From Staphylococcus phage vB_SepM_BE08: a DNA stretch of 64,000 nucleotides. Positions 46,809 through 57,983 of this stretch are shown here, one piece after another. How positions within the stretch are numbered: the stretch's first letter is position 1; every line of letters begins with the position of its first letter. Position numbers and translations under genes: made by a program. The stretch lies in the sequence record MT596505.1; one strand, given 5' to 3'. The notes beneath the pieces are model-generated. The model saw nothing but the letters and a program-made list of their open reading frames with translations, ran no database searches and was not told where the DNA came from.

Positions 46809-47798
46809 TTAAATTTTAGTAAATGCTTCTTTATTTCCTTTAATATAATTTTCTTTACTTTCTTTTTCTTCTTCAGTAATCTTACCTGATTCAAAATAAT
46901 CTTGTATTTTTTGGAGTGCTAACATGTATTTAACATAACCAATAGGAGAGTTAAATTCATTCATATGATTTTCATCATATTCTACTAAATCTCCATAGCT
47001 TGTTCCTATTTCCATATCTGCTACAATAGGATACCTAATATTCTCTCCTTCATACTCAATGTATAAGAAATCAAAAGGTAAGTTTTGCATACAATGTAAT
47101 ACAACTTTAGCCATAACTTTAACTTCATCTGGGTGTGTATCAACTACAATACTATCATGTACTGTGGCAATAAGTTTAGACTTCATATTTCTAGTTTGAA
47201 TAAAATCATCAATATAAGTAATTGCCATACTTGTAAACCATGAACCTAAACCTTGTATTCTAGCATTAAATGATTGTCTTAAAGCTTGATTTCTTTTTTG
47301 TTTATCATTACTTGTAGCATTACCTAAAAATCGTCTAAACCCATGTAATGTTTCTACATAACCATGTTTTTGTGCAAACTCATGCGTGTCTTCAATCGCT
47401 TGTCCTACAGCTGGCTTATTTTTATAGTAATTATCAAATAATTCTTCTGCCTCTTCTACAGGCATATTATTTTTACTAGCAAAAGAAAATGGAACGTCAC
47501 CATACAATAATGAGAAACTTACTGTTTTTGCTTTTGTACGTTCATCAGTAGTTATCTCTTCCTCTGGTTTATTATACACTAAGCTTGCTGTATTCTTGTG
47601 TAGGTCTCCCCCGTGTAAGAAAATATTAGTCATATCTTTATCTTTTGTCATCAAACCAGTAACTCTGAGCTCTAAAGCTGAATAATCGGCTTGTAAAATT
47701 ACACCATTGTTAAATCTTGAAACAAAAGAACGTTTAATAGGGTGATGATAATCAAATTTATTGACATTAGATGTGTGTGCTACAATATTTTGTAAATT
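46809..47798 (-). CDS. DNA polymerase (family A) exon 2: NLQNI..DYSALELRV (motif A) .. KTVSFSLLYG (motif B) .. VHDSIVVD (motif C)
   Basis: in-frame extension upstream of track start to AAT at 47798-47796; Pol I motifs. Confidence 0.75.
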   Translation of the reverse strand, partial: NLQNIVAHTSNVNKFDYHHPIKRSFVSRFNNGVILQADYSALELRVTGLMTKDKDMTNIFLHGGDLHKNTASLVYNKPEEEITTDERTKAKTVSFSLLYGDVPFSFASKNNMPVEEAEELFDNYYKNKPAVGQAIEDTHEFAQKHGYVETLHGFRRFLGNATSNDKQKRNQALRQSFNARIQGLGSWFTSMAITYIDDFIQTRNMKSKLIATVHDSIVVDTHPDEVKVMAKVVLHCMQNLPFDFLYIEYEGENIRYPIVADMEIGTSYGDLVEYDENHMNEFNSPIGYVKYMLALQKIQDYFESGKITEEEKESKENYIKGNKEAFTKI

Positions 47799-48895
47799 TT
47801 ACTTGTGTACAATATAATTTATTTATTATATTGTATCTATTGTCATTTAAACAATAGCTATATATCTCTATATAGGACAGACTATATCATATATCATTTC
47901 TGTGGTAGGTTTATTGTTTATTTACTGTTTCTAAATTTATATCCTTTATACTCTACAAAGTCATCTGTTTTTCTTAATTTATCTCTCAATGTCTTATGAT
48001 TATTCATGTTGAGTAGTTTCATCACCTTATTCATACTATACTTAGTATACAATAGATTACCGTCTAAGTCAAATACATCAATTTTCATATTTTTACTTCT
48101 TTTAGACTCTTTATTTACATACTCCCACTTATAACCTTTATGTGATTTATGTCTTCCAGAAATTACTTGACTTATTTTTGATGGGCTAAAATACCCACCA
48201 GTTTCTCTTTGTGCTTGAGTGGGTGAATCCCACACCTTAACAATATTACCTTCCATATCTTTTTGATATACTGCTTTATTAGATACCTTTTTAAGTTGTT
48301 CCCTAGCACTATACGTATTTTGTCTACCTTGTTTAGCAGAGTGTAAGGTATTGCCCCTATAATCTACCCATTCTAGGTTGTTTACGTGGTTATTCAATCT
48401 ATTATTATCGATGTGGTTAACAACATTTAGATTAGGATTATTGTTAGGTATAAAAAGCTTTGCTACTAATCTATGCACTAATATGTTACCCTCAGTAACT
48501 GTAACTTGTTTGTACCCTGAATTAATAATCCATGGTTTTAATTCATGCTTAGTAATTTTATTTATTACTCTACCTGTATTACTTACTTTATATTTATCAT
48601 CATAATCTTTCCAAACTTCTTTCATATACTCTTCCTTACTATTCCCTACCACAGAAATAATATCCTTGCTTTCGTGGGTGTGTATTGGTTGTGCTACCTC
48701 AACACCTAGTCGTTGAGCCTTCCCCATACTTCCATACACTTTCAGGGGCTTGGTTGCGGATTCTCTTTATTCTTAACCTTTTTACTGTACCAAACACATT
48801 ACTGTTTGCCCTTATATATGTTTCCATTATAAGTTAGTAGTTAAGACCTAACAAGTTTCTCCCCGCAGTTAACAAAGTTTTACAACCCCAATTTA
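47799..48895 (-). other. group I-type intron interrupting DNA polymerase between ...TGRLASSNP and NLQNI...
   Basis: exon 1 stops right after SSNP, exon 2 resumes with NLQNI; GC-rich structured segments 48740-48895; encodes HNH endonuclease. Confidence 0.65.
47918..48739 (-). CDS. HNH homing endonuclease (VNHIDNNRLNNHVNNLEW; repeated NUMOD-like basic modules)
   Basis: HNH motif by inspection, intron-encoded. Confidence 0.7.
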   Translation of the reverse strand: MYGSMGKAQRLGVEVAQPIHTHESKDIISVVGNSKEEYMKEVWKDYDDKYKVSNTGRVINKITKHELKPWIINSGYKQVTVTEGNILVHRLVAKLFIPNNNPNLNVVNHIDNNRLNNHVNNLEWVDYRGNTLHSAKQGRQNTYSAREQLKKVSNKAVYQKDMEGNIVKVWDSPTQAQRETGGYFSPSKISQVISGRHKSHKGYKWEYVNKESKRSKNMKIDVFDLDGNLLYTKYSMNKVMKLLNMNNHKTLRDKLRKTDDFVEYKGYKFRNSK

Positions 48896-51124
48896 AGGGT
48901 TACTACTGGCTAATCTTCCTGTACTTGTAGTTGTTGATGAGAAACTACCATGTAGTGTTTGTGTGTTTTTATTAACCATTCTAGGAAGCTTATGAGTAAA
49001 TGAGTTTCGTTTTGTTCGTATAGAGGCGTAGTATAATAAGTCTTCTATTAGTTCTTTGTTATCTTCTGTTACTTCTAAATCAGATAATATATATCCTAGA
49101 GCTTTAGTATCTGTTTTATAGTCTTCCCAACTAATATCTTGCTCTTTCTTTTTCTCAAAAGAGGTAGCTTTAACGTAGTTCTGGTCATAAGGTAATTCAA
49201 AACCTAATATTTTATACAATAGTTCACTTTTATGGTCTCCTGACCCTATATTAAATTTCCACCCATCATCTTTATACTTATTTCTGTACTTCTCTATTTC
49301 TGGGTCTCTTTCTTTTTTAGGTTTACTAAACTCTTCTAAACCTAGTTCATATAAGTTATATTTTTCTTCTTCAAATTCTTTTACCGCCCAATGTTCTCTT
49401 ATTTTATTTTCAATTTTAGTTAATTCTAATTCATAGGCTTTGTCATTCTTTTCCATGTAATCTAAATCAGCATATAGACCATTACTCTCTATTCTTGCTA
49501 GGGTTCTATCTAACCTTGGATAATCTTGTTGCCATAACTTTATTGCTTTAGGTCGTTGTTGGTCTTTTAATTTTTCTAGTATATTAGAATAAATTCTACG
49601 ACATACATCAACGTCACCACTAGCATAAGGGTGCATTAGTTCTAAAGGAATCCAATCATAATTAAACTTACCACCATCAACTTCATTATATACATCTGTA
49701 TGTTTTTTAAACCTATTAATTAATTCTAAAGCTGTTTTAAGTGTATATTCTTTACCTTCATCACTTAAAGACATATACTCATCCGAAAGCTTAGCTACCT
49801 CTTCAAACTCTGAATCACCCATTAACATTGTTTTTGTTAATCGTTCTGGGTGTAAACCTAATTGAATATATTGCTTATCAGTACTATTCATTTCTGTTTT
49901 TTGCTCATATTTATCAAGCTCTACTTCTTTATCCACACTAATGTTTTCAGATAACCAATTTTTATATTCTGTTGCTTTAATATTATGTTCTTTTTTTGCA
50001 ATACTCTTATTATCTTTAATAATAGTAGACATTTTTTCTGACAAGAATTTAAGTAATTTTCTACTAAACCATTTTTTAAATTCTTCTAACGGTGTGTCAT
50101 ACCCACCCATATCTGTAACCTCATATGCTAAGTCAGACAGGCGTTTAGAATCTGTGGTTTCTTGTGTTACAGCTAAATACCAGCCTACAAGTGTGTCTTG
50201 ATTATTTTCAAATGTGTTAAATCCTAGTGTACTCATTAGGAATTTTATATCATATTTAATATTATGACCTACTTTTATATCCTCTTTATCAGCTAACCAT
50301 TCTCTTAAGTAACTTAGTATCTCATCAATATCTTTTTGTCCGTTTTTCCAATTAAAATCAGATTTATAAATAGGTATTGTGACACCTTGTCCGTTTTTCC
50401 AACTTAAAGATACTACTAAAACTTTACTTCCTGCTCTATCTGGTTTTAGTGAATTAGTCTCTGTATCCCAAGCTGTTATATCTATACCATCATTATTATC
50501 TTTTTTTACTTCTTTAGTAAAAATCTCTCTTACTCTTTCAATATCTGTTACAAGTTCATATGACACTTTTTTAGGTTTAAAGGCTTCTTCTCCATTTTTT
50601 ACAAATTTACCTAATAAATTAAGGTCTGTAACTACATGACGTTCAGCATTTTTATTAACATTAGTGTATTCAATACTATAAGTAGGTAATACCCAAACAC
50701 CTTTACTTGTATTTTCAGTACTTAATGTTATTTTGTGAGGTACACCTCTTACTGAACCTAATTTTGTAACGTTTAGTAAAAATTTAATACCTAGTTTACC
50801 TAAAGGAACAATAATATCATAATTATTATCAATAATTCGTTTAGTTAATTCTGAGTAATAAGGTTTAACTTCTGTTTGCTTTACATCTTGGTATTTAACA
50901 ATCTTACCGTAATTATTTGTTACAGGTGTTGGTATAGCCTTATACACAAAATCAATATCATAATCTTTTCTAGAATTATCTCTTACTAAACCTGAACATC
51001 TCTCTAATAACATTTTTAAAGTTTTACCATTTTGAGTATTAAAAAGATTTAATCTTGTTTTATTATCATCTGTAACTTTAAAATGTTCTTCTCTTATGTG
51101 GTCGTATAAAATTAAAGCTTTCAT
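48896..51124 (-). CDS. DNA polymerase (family A) exon 1: 3'-5' exonuclease (AWDTETN, VGHNIKYD, YASGDVD) and N-terminal pol domain; start re-assigned to MKALILYD with SD AAGGAG
   Basis: Exo I-III motifs; ends TGRLASSNP. Confidence 0.8.
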
Positions 51125-51204
51125 ATTTATCTTCTCCTTACACTTGTTTAAATATATGATACCATAGAATATCTTTAATGTCAATAAAAAAAGAGACAAA
51201 TTTT

Positions 51205-51504
51205 TTAATCTGTCTCTCTAAGTCTTTCATTTGCTTCTTCTAAGTATTTCATAGGTTTAATCTTAAGTACTTTCTTACTAGGTATAGTATAGTACTTCTT
51301 ATCTAATCCATTCCATGCTCTTTTTTCTGGTTTTTCAATTACTTCTATTTGATATAATTTATGATTTTTTATTTTTTCTTGCCCTTCGTCAATGAAATCA
51401 ACGATAGCTTTTGATTCTGCTTCTAATATTTCTTCTATATCCTGTATGTAGTATCCTGTTTCCTCTGATATTCTTCTAGCTATATCTTTTCTATTTACTG
51501 TCAT
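51205..51504 (-). CDS. HU/IHF-like DNA-binding protein
   Basis: size and motif pattern of bacterial DNA-binding protein family. Confidence 0.5.
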   Translation of the reverse strand: MTVNRKDIARRISEETGYYIQDIEEILEAESKAIVDFIDEGQEKIKNHKLYQIEVIEKPEKRAWNGLDKKYYTIPSKKVLKIKPMKYLEEANERLRETD

Positions 51505-51512
51505 TATTATAC

Positions 51513-52238
51513 CTACAGTTTAACATTCTTTTGTTTTTTTAATTTAGTTATCTCATTTGTAACATCTTGGTGGTCTTCTTCACTAGTAAGGATATAGATA
51601 TACATTTTCCATACAGATAGAGATACTCTAATTCTTTCAGCAAAATCAATTTTATATTCAGGTTTTAGTACGTAACCTTCACCATCAAAATCATAAAATT
51701 TTTTTTGTTTTTCTTCAATTGTTCTTAGCTTAGGGAATGTTAAATGAACCTCATCAACATTAGTTTTAATTGGATGTAAATTTCTAATAATTTCATAAGG
51801 ATTTACATAAGGAAGTACTATTGAAATATCAATTATTACTTTAGTTCCCATAAAGGATAATGCTATATTATCAATTTCTTTATCTGAAAAACGCTCACGC
51901 ATTTTATAAACAACTGCTGAATTTTGGTTTGTAGATAAGTCTTTAAATACATAATAAGGTATAATAGAATCTGTATAATAGTAAACACCGCCTCCATGTT
52001 TACATACTTTCTCAATAAGCCTATCGTTATTATACTTCTCATTAAATAACATATAAGTATTATCATCTTTGAGTATATATCTACTAGACTTAGTAGCTAC
52101 CTTATCTAGATTTTTTTCTATATCCTCTTCATTTGCATGTGTTATTTTTATTGATTTACTTATTTCTTTTTTATCTTTAGTATGAATATTGAAATATCTA
52201 TCACTATTATATATAGTTAGTGTTTTATTTTTTGCCAT
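51513..52238 (-). CDS. hypothetical protein
   Basis: ORF; internal 51863..52066 artefact. Confidence 0.55.
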   Translation of the reverse strand: MAKNKTLTIYNSDRYFNIHTKDKKEISKSIKITHANEEDIEKNLDKVATKSSRYILKDDNTYMLFNEKYNNDRLIEKVCKHGGGVYYYTDSIIPYYVFKDLSTNQNSAVVYKMRERFSDKEIDNIALSFMGTKVIIDISIVLPYVNPYEIIRNLHPIKTNVDEVHLTFPKLRTIEEKQKKFYDFDGEGYVLKPEYKIDFAERIRVSLSVWKMYIYILTSEEDHQDVTNEITKLKKQKNVKL

Positions 52239-52303
52239 AAAAAAACCTCACTTCTTTGTATAAATTAATTATACCATAAAAGTGAGATTTATCAAAATTA
52301 AAT

Positions 52304-52627
52304 TTAAATATTTTCTAAATCTTTAAATTTCATAGGGTTTACATCGTCACCTTCTAAAGTAACTTTAAGTTCTCCGTTTTTAAAACAAAGTAACAAAGGA
52401 GTACTCATAACATTAAATTTCTCGATAGCTAACTCTCTATCCACATCTTCATCATCTAAATTTAATGAGAAAATAGGTTTTGTAATATCTCCAGTATTTT
52501 CAAATTCAGGTAAGATATTTTTTAAAATCTCACATTTAGCACATCCGTCTTGTGAAATTAATACAATAGCGTCATCATTGTATGAGATTTTTGTATTTAA
52601 GTCTACTAAGCTTTCTAATTTTTCCAT
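52304..52627 (-). CDS. glutaredoxin/thioredoxin-like protein (CAKC active site)
   Basis: CxxC near N-terminus, ~107 aa. Confidence 0.65.
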   Translation of the reverse strand: MEKLESLVDLNTKISYNDDAIVLISQDGCAKCEILKNILPEFENTGDITKPIFSLNLDDEDVDRELAIEKFNVMSTPLLLCFKNGELKVTLEGDDVNPMKFKDLENI

Positions 52628-54033
52628 ATTTATTCTTCATCCGTTGTCAAAAACTTATAAAACTTTATAAATCTTATTCCTTTTTCAATGTACCCTCTTT
52701 TGAGTATTTCATATACATAGATTACTTCTTATTACTCTACTTGAGTTTGTATGATACTCCAAAGGCTTAAATTCCCGTACAACGAACGGTACATATATTT
52801 AGTATCTTGTTTTTGATATTCTAAATATTGTAGTTAGCTAAATTAATACTTGCATTGAGGTCTCTATCAAGACTAAAACCACATTCACAGTTAAATATTC
52901 TATCTGATAGTTTTAGGTTTTGATTAATAGTTCCACAGTTAGAACAAGTTTTACTAGAAGGATAAAATCTGTCTGCTAGTATAACTTCAATACCCTTTCT
53001 TTTACACTTATACTCTAACTGTCTTCTAAACTCGTAGAAACCTTGTTTTTGTATTGCTTTAGCTAAATGCCTATTCTTCATCATACCACTTACATTTAAA
53101 TCTTCTATAACAATTCTTCTAGGTTTGGTTTTCACGATAGAAGTTGTTGTTTGATGTAAATGGTTTTTACGAATGTTAGACAATCTTCGTTGTAGGAGTT
53201 TAATTTGTTTTTCAAGTTTTATAATATTGCAAGTTTTGACAAACTTTCCTCCTTCTTTATTTTTTTGATATTTACGAGATACCTTACGTTGCAATCTACG
53301 TAATCGTTTTTCTAGTTTTTTAACTTTTACTGTTTTATTTATGTTTCCATAAATAGTTCCATCAGAACATATTACTAATTCTTTTATTCCTAAATCAATA
53401 CCTAGTGATTCATCAGTTAGTTCTTCGTAGATGTTTTCTTCTTCAATAGAAACACTTATATACCAATATTTACCATCAAAAGTAATTCTAGGATTATAAT
53501 ACTTAGTATTCGTTGGTAGTTGTTCTGATGTTTTAACCCAACCTATTCTTTGTAACAATACTAAATTTTCTTTTACTCTTAATCTATGTGTATCATTATA
53601 AAAACTAGGTTTTGTTTTCTTCTTATATTTAAACTTAGGAAATTTAGCTTGTCCTTTAAAGAAACGCTTATAAGAAATACAAGCATCTTTAACTGCTTGT
53701 TTAGGAATATTGTTACTAACTTCTTTTAGCCATTTATACTCTTCTGTTTTCTTTAACTGAGTAATTTCTTTACGTAAAACAGAATCTTGTATAAACTTTT
53801 TTCCTTGTTTATAATTTTCTTGTTGTTTTGCTAAAGTCCAGTTGTATATAAATCTTGCTGTTCCTGCTGATTTATATAATTGTAGCTCTTGTTGTTTAGT
53901 AGGTCTAAGCCTAACTTTTTTAGTTATCATTATTTAGCCCACCTTAAGATATGTTATCACCTCTACAAGTATTATAACATATCTTAGGTAAAAATGCAAC
54001 TTAATTTATAAAAAAGTTATAAATTTATATTAA
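52628..54033 (-). mobile_element. IS200/IS605-family (IS1341-type) element carrying tnpB only; left-end-like 13-bp inverted-repeat hairpin at 53944-53987; long 3' noncoding tail
   Basis: unusually long flanking gaps (193 and 103 nt) around tnpB; subterminal hairpin; boundaries not determinable. Confidence 0.4.
52821..53930 (-). CDS. tnpB: TnpB (OrfB) RuvC-like RNA-guided nuclease: RuvC-I IDLGIKE, RuvC-II IVIEDLN, Zn finger CSNCG...CECG, RuvC-III DRDLNASINLA
   Basis: all catalytic motifs intact; N-terminal LRPTKQQELQL motif. Confidence 0.8.
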   Translation of the reverse strand: MITKKVRLRPTKQQELQLYKSAGTARFIYNWTLAKQQENYKQGKKFIQDSVLRKEITQLKKTEEYKWLKEVSNNIPKQAVKDACISYKRFFKGQAKFPKFKYKKKTKPSFYNDTHRLRVKENLVLLQRIGWVKTSEQLPTNTKYYNPRITFDGKYWYISVSIEEENIYEELTDESLGIDLGIKELVICSDGTIYGNINKTVKVKKLEKRLRRLQRKVSRKYQKNKEGGKFVKTCNIIKLEKQIKLLQRRLSNIRKNHLHQTTTSIVKTKPRRIVIEDLNVSGMMKNRHLAKAIQKQGFYEFRRQLEYKCKRKGIEVILADRFYPSSKTCSNCGTINQNLKLSDRIFNCECGFSLDRDLNASINLANYNI

Positions 54034-54345
54034 TTATCTTTCATCCTTTTCTAATAAATTAATTACTTCTTCAAAGCTATTTACATTATAAACTATTGGA
54101 TGTTCTAATCCTTGTGACTTATCTATAACTGTGAGTGCACTGTTATTATACCCTAAAATATAATTAGTACTCTTATAACTAAATTCTAATTGAAAAGAAG
54201 TAGACTCTGAATCAGGTCTAGTATCTTCTTTCTGATTAAGTATTTTAATAGGGTCGTATAAGTCTTCTACATATTTGAAATCATCATACTTTTTAAACAA
54301 AGTCTCTGCTTTATTCATAAGTACTAATGCTTCTTTTCTATCCAT
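54034..54345 (-). CDS. hypothetical protein
   Basis: ORF. Confidence 0.5.
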   Translation of the reverse strand: MDRKEALVLMNKAETLFKKYDDFKYVEDLYDPIKILNQKEDTRPDSESTSFQLEFSYKSTNYILGYNNSALTVIDKSQGLEHPIVYNVNSFEEVINLLEKDER

Positions 54346-54384
54346 AATAACTTTCCTTTCTTATGTTATACTATAAAAAGGTTA

Positions 54385-55431
54385 TCATAAAAATTTATCT
54401 ACTAAATCACTTTCATTATCTTCGATATTAAAATCATCATCTTTAATATCTTTAATATTAGTAGATTTTTCATAATCTGCTTTCCCACTAAAGAAATCTA
54501 CGTGTCTCATTCTACCTACATCAATTTGATTATTAACAATAGCATTAAAAGGTTCTGGATGAAAATAATCTTCTTTACCTAAATTAGATAAGGCTCTATT
54601 AAAATTATATTCTACATATCTAATTACATCTTCAGTTAATCCTAAGTCATCATATAACATATGTGTATATGATACTTCATTATCATATAATATGTCAAGT
54701 AATTTATACATTAATTTATCAGCTTTTTCTTTTTCCGTATCTGTTAATTGTTCATAATCATATTGTGCTGTCAACCCTACTGCTGAACCATGATATGATT
54801 CATCTTGAGTTATTTTAAATATAACAGCTCCTGATTGTGTCATACGACCTTGACCTGCTAAAAGTAAAGGGTAATAGAACCCGGAGTAGAATAAGGCACT
54901 CTCTAAAAACGCACTGGCAACTTTTGCCATATATCTATCAAAAGTAGTAGGCTCTGGGTTTAGTAACTTTTTGTAAAAATAACCAATAAATTGAGCTTTT
55001 TTAATTAAGTGGCTTTCTTCTCTTACCCACTCATCTAATAAATAATTAGTTTCTTTATTATTTAAAATAGTTGTAAATATATGAGAGTATGAACGTTCAT
55101 GTACAAACTCCATCATACCCATATATCCAAAAACAGCTTTATAATGTCTTCTAGGTTCTTGATATGAAATAAGGTTCATACCTTCTCCGCCTTGTTTAGC
55201 ATCTAAACCAGTTAACCCTGCTAAAACTTTTTTATAAGTTTCTCTCTCAATGTCAGAGAGTTCATTCCAAGAATTTAAATCCCTGGAAATATCGAACTCT
55301 TCAGGAAACCAGATTTGATTAACACCTTGGTTCCAATAAATCTCAGACATACCGTCTGATTGTTTATTCCAATTAATTGGTTCTAATTTATCTTCTTTAT
55401 TATTTAATTCTACTGCTTTTCTTAGTGACAT
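54385..55431 (-). CDS. nrdF: ribonucleotide reductase class Ib beta subunit; start re-assigned to MSLRKAV with SD AAGGAAGG
   Basis: di-iron R2 fold motifs; synteny nrdI-nrdE-nrdF. Confidence 0.8.
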   Translation of the reverse strand: MSLRKAVELNNKEDKLEPINWNKQSDGMSEIYWNQGVNQIWFPEEFDISRDLNSWNELSDIERETYKKVLAGLTGLDAKQGGEGMNLISYQEPRRHYKAVFGYMGMMEFVHERSYSHIFTTILNNKETNYLLDEWVREESHLIKKAQFIGYFYKKLLNPEPTTFDRYMAKVASAFLESALFYSGFYYPLLLAGQGRMTQSGAVIFKITQDESYHGSAVGLTAQYDYEQLTDTEKEKADKLMYKLLDILYDNEVSYTHMLYDDLGLTEDVIRYVEYNFNRALSNLGKEDYFHPEPFNAIVNNQIDVGRMRHVDFFSGKADYEKSTNIKDIKDDDFNIEDNESDLVDKFL

Positions 55432-55445
55432 TTGTTTTCCTTCCT

Positions 55446-57563
55446 TTATACCGAACATGTTTCACATTCAATTACCTCTAACTTACGTGAACGTGTATAA
55501 TATAATGATTTTAATCCTTTAGACCATGCATAGTAGTATAAACTTACTAGTTTATTTGTAGGTATTTCTGATTCAACATATAAAATTGTAGAAACTGCTT
55601 GGTCTGTATGCTTCTGAACCACAGCACCTGTATTTATGATTTTTTTATTATCTAATTTATATGCTGTTTCATTATCGTAAAAGAATTGAGTAATAGGACT
55701 CAAGAAAGGCATAGGGTAATATGTTTCCATATCTCCATATTGTCTATTCTCAATCGCACTAGGTACAGGCATAATGCTTGCTGTAGCATTTTGAACATAT
55801 GAAATAGATTGTGTTGGAGCTTCCGCTCTTCTGTAAGCATTATATAAACCGTATCTTTTAACATCTTTAGCTAATTGTTCCCAATCATCTTGACTAGGGA
55901 TATACACTTTTTCTAAAACTTCTTTAGCTTTTTGTGTTGTTGGTTCATTAGATTTATTAATGTATGGTTTGAAATAATTACCATTAGCATACTCGGATTT
56001 TTCAAACCCTTTAAATGACTTACCTTTTTCTTTAGCAATGTGCATACTAGATTTAATAGAGTTATAGTTTATTGCACTATACAAGCTGTTAATGAGGTCT
56101 AAAGCTTCTAATGAACCATAACTAATCATATTTTTAGCTAAGAGTCCATGTAAATTAAGTGAACCTAAACCTACTGCATGTAATTCATCATTAGCTTTAT
56201 TTACACTAGGTAAAAATGGTAGATACATCATATCAGTAACATTTGACAAAGAACGCATACCCATATCAACTGACTCTTCAAGTAAACCTTTCTCTACAAC
56301 ATTTACTAAGTTTAATGATGCTAGTGTACAAATAACATCCCTACCGATATTATCTTTATCAGATTCCATATAAGGATGTATATCTGATACTTCTTGTAAT
56401 TGTGCTATTTCTGTACACAAATTACTAGCTCTAACTTTACCTATACCTTTTAGTGGGTGATTATCATTTGCATTATCAATATAGAAAACGTAAGGATAAC
56501 CACTCTCTAATTGAGTTTTAGCAATATCAGTCATTAAATCTCTTGCATTTAATTTTTTCTTCTTAATGTTATCATTTTTAATTAAATTTTCATACTCTTC
56601 ATTAAAATCAATCTCATCTAAATGTTTACCTGTTACTTCATATAAATTAGAAGTATCAAAAGTGTATAATGGTCTATCATCTTTTACTAATTCCATGAAC
56701 TTATTAGGAATTGTAACACCTAAAGATAAAGTATCTAACCTAACTTTCTCACTAGCATTAATTTTCTTAGAACTTAAAAAGTCTTCAATATCTTGATGAA
56801 ATACATTTAAATAAACTACAGCTGAACCTTGACGCATACCTGCTTGGTTAAAGTGGCTTACACCTTGTTCAATATTTTTAGCAAAAGGAATAACTCCCTG
56901 ACTAGCGTTAGGGTTGCCTTGTACTGTAGCTCCTTTAGGTCTTATTCTAGACGCTTCTACGGATACTCCACCACTATTTTTACTTGCATTTCGTACCGAG
57001 TTAGCTACAAAGTTAATAGATTCTATTGTATCATCTACAACAAAAATATAACAAGAACTTAATTCCCCTCTATTACCTTTACCTGAATGTAAATAAGTAG
57101 GTGTAGCTGGTTGTAATGTTTGTTCCATTAATTGAATAAGCATATCTCTAGCTTTAGCATAATCATCTTGGAATAAATATAATGCTACTCTAACATTATG
57201 CTGTTCATAATCCTCTACAAATACTACGTTATCATCTTTATCATATTGAACCACTGCATAGGATTCATAAAACTTTTGACAAGCCATAAAACTTTGGAAT
57301 TTAAAATTAAAGCTATATGCTAATTCTGTCATCTCTTTAATAATAGTATCAGGCACGTTATCTAATACTTTATCATAAGAGCCTTCTTTTGTCAATACTC
57401 TAACTCTATCTACTTCATTATCAAACTCTCTTGTATTAGACTTAACATAATCTTCATACTCTTTTAGAGCTTCTTTATCTTTATATAATTTATTTTTACC
57501 ATACTCATCCAGCTGGGTAATTTCGTTATTTAATTCAATCCATTTTCCATAATTCTTTGCCAT
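55446..57563 (-). CDS. nrdE: ribonucleotide reductase class Ib alpha subunit
   Basis: 705 aa, NxxC..E..CxxC-terminal CETCS tail, synteny. Confidence 0.85.
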   Translation of the reverse strand: MAKNYGKWIELNNEITQLDEYGKNKLYKDKEALKEYEDYVKSNTREFDNEVDRVRVLTKEGSYDKVLDNVPDTIIKEMTELAYSFNFKFQSFMACQKFYESYAVVQYDKDDNVVFVEDYEQHNVRVALYLFQDDYAKARDMLIQLMEQTLQPATPTYLHSGKGNRGELSSCYIFVVDDTIESINFVANSVRNASKNSGGVSVEASRIRPKGATVQGNPNASQGVIPFAKNIEQGVSHFNQAGMRQGSAVVYLNVFHQDIEDFLSSKKINASEKVRLDTLSLGVTIPNKFMELVKDDRPLYTFDTSNLYEVTGKHLDEIDFNEEYENLIKNDNIKKKKLNARDLMTDIAKTQLESGYPYVFYIDNANDNHPLKGIGKVRASNLCTEIAQLQEVSDIHPYMESDKDNIGRDVICTLASLNLVNVVEKGLLEESVDMGMRSLSNVTDMMYLPFLPSVNKANDELHAVGLGSLNLHGLLAKNMISYGSLEALDLINSLYSAINYNSIKSSMHIAKEKGKSFKGFEKSEYANGNYFKPYINKSNEPTTQKAKEVLEKVYIPSQDDWEQLAKDVKRYGLYNAYRRAEAPTQSISYVQNATASIMPVPSAIENRQYGDMETYYPMPFLSPITQFFYDNETAYKLDNKKIINTGAVVQKHTDQAVSTILYVESEIPTNKLVSLYYYAWSKGLKSLYYTRSRKLEVIECETCSV

Positions 57564-57567
57564 TTAT

Positions 57568-57966
57568 CTATGCTCCAATCACTTTATAATTTTCTTTAAA
57601 GTAATTTAATATATTTTCTACTTCATTAAAATGTCCTGATTGCTCAACTTTAGCAATTAGAGGTATATTAAACATGTTAGAAATTGTTCTTCCTGCTCCA
57701 CAGAAAAATTTACCCCATTGTTTATTTCCTGTTCCAATAACTTCTTTAGGGGGATGGTTATTATTAATTAATTTTTTTATCTGTACAGGCATTTCACCTT
57801 TCATATATGTTGGTGTAATTAATATATAATCTCTATTAATAACTTCTTTACCTGTTTTAACTCTTAATGTCTCAAATGAGTTATCAGGATTTATTTTATT
57901 TACTAACTTTTCTGTTTGACCTGTTCCTGAAAAGTAAACTATTAATGGTCTTTCTTTGCTTGTCAT
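57568..57966 (-). CDS. nrdI: NrdI flavodoxin-like protein
   Basis: YFSGTGQT flavin-binding loop; immediately upstream of nrdE. Confidence 0.65.
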   Translation of the reverse strand: MTSKERPLIVYFSGTGQTEKLVNKINPDNSFETLRVKTGKEVINRDYILITPTYMKGEMPVQIKKLINNNHPPKEVIGTGNKQWGKFFCGAGRTISNMFNIPLIAKVEQSGHFNEVENILNYFKENYKVIGA

Positions 57967-57983
57967 ATTGTATCTCTTCCTTC

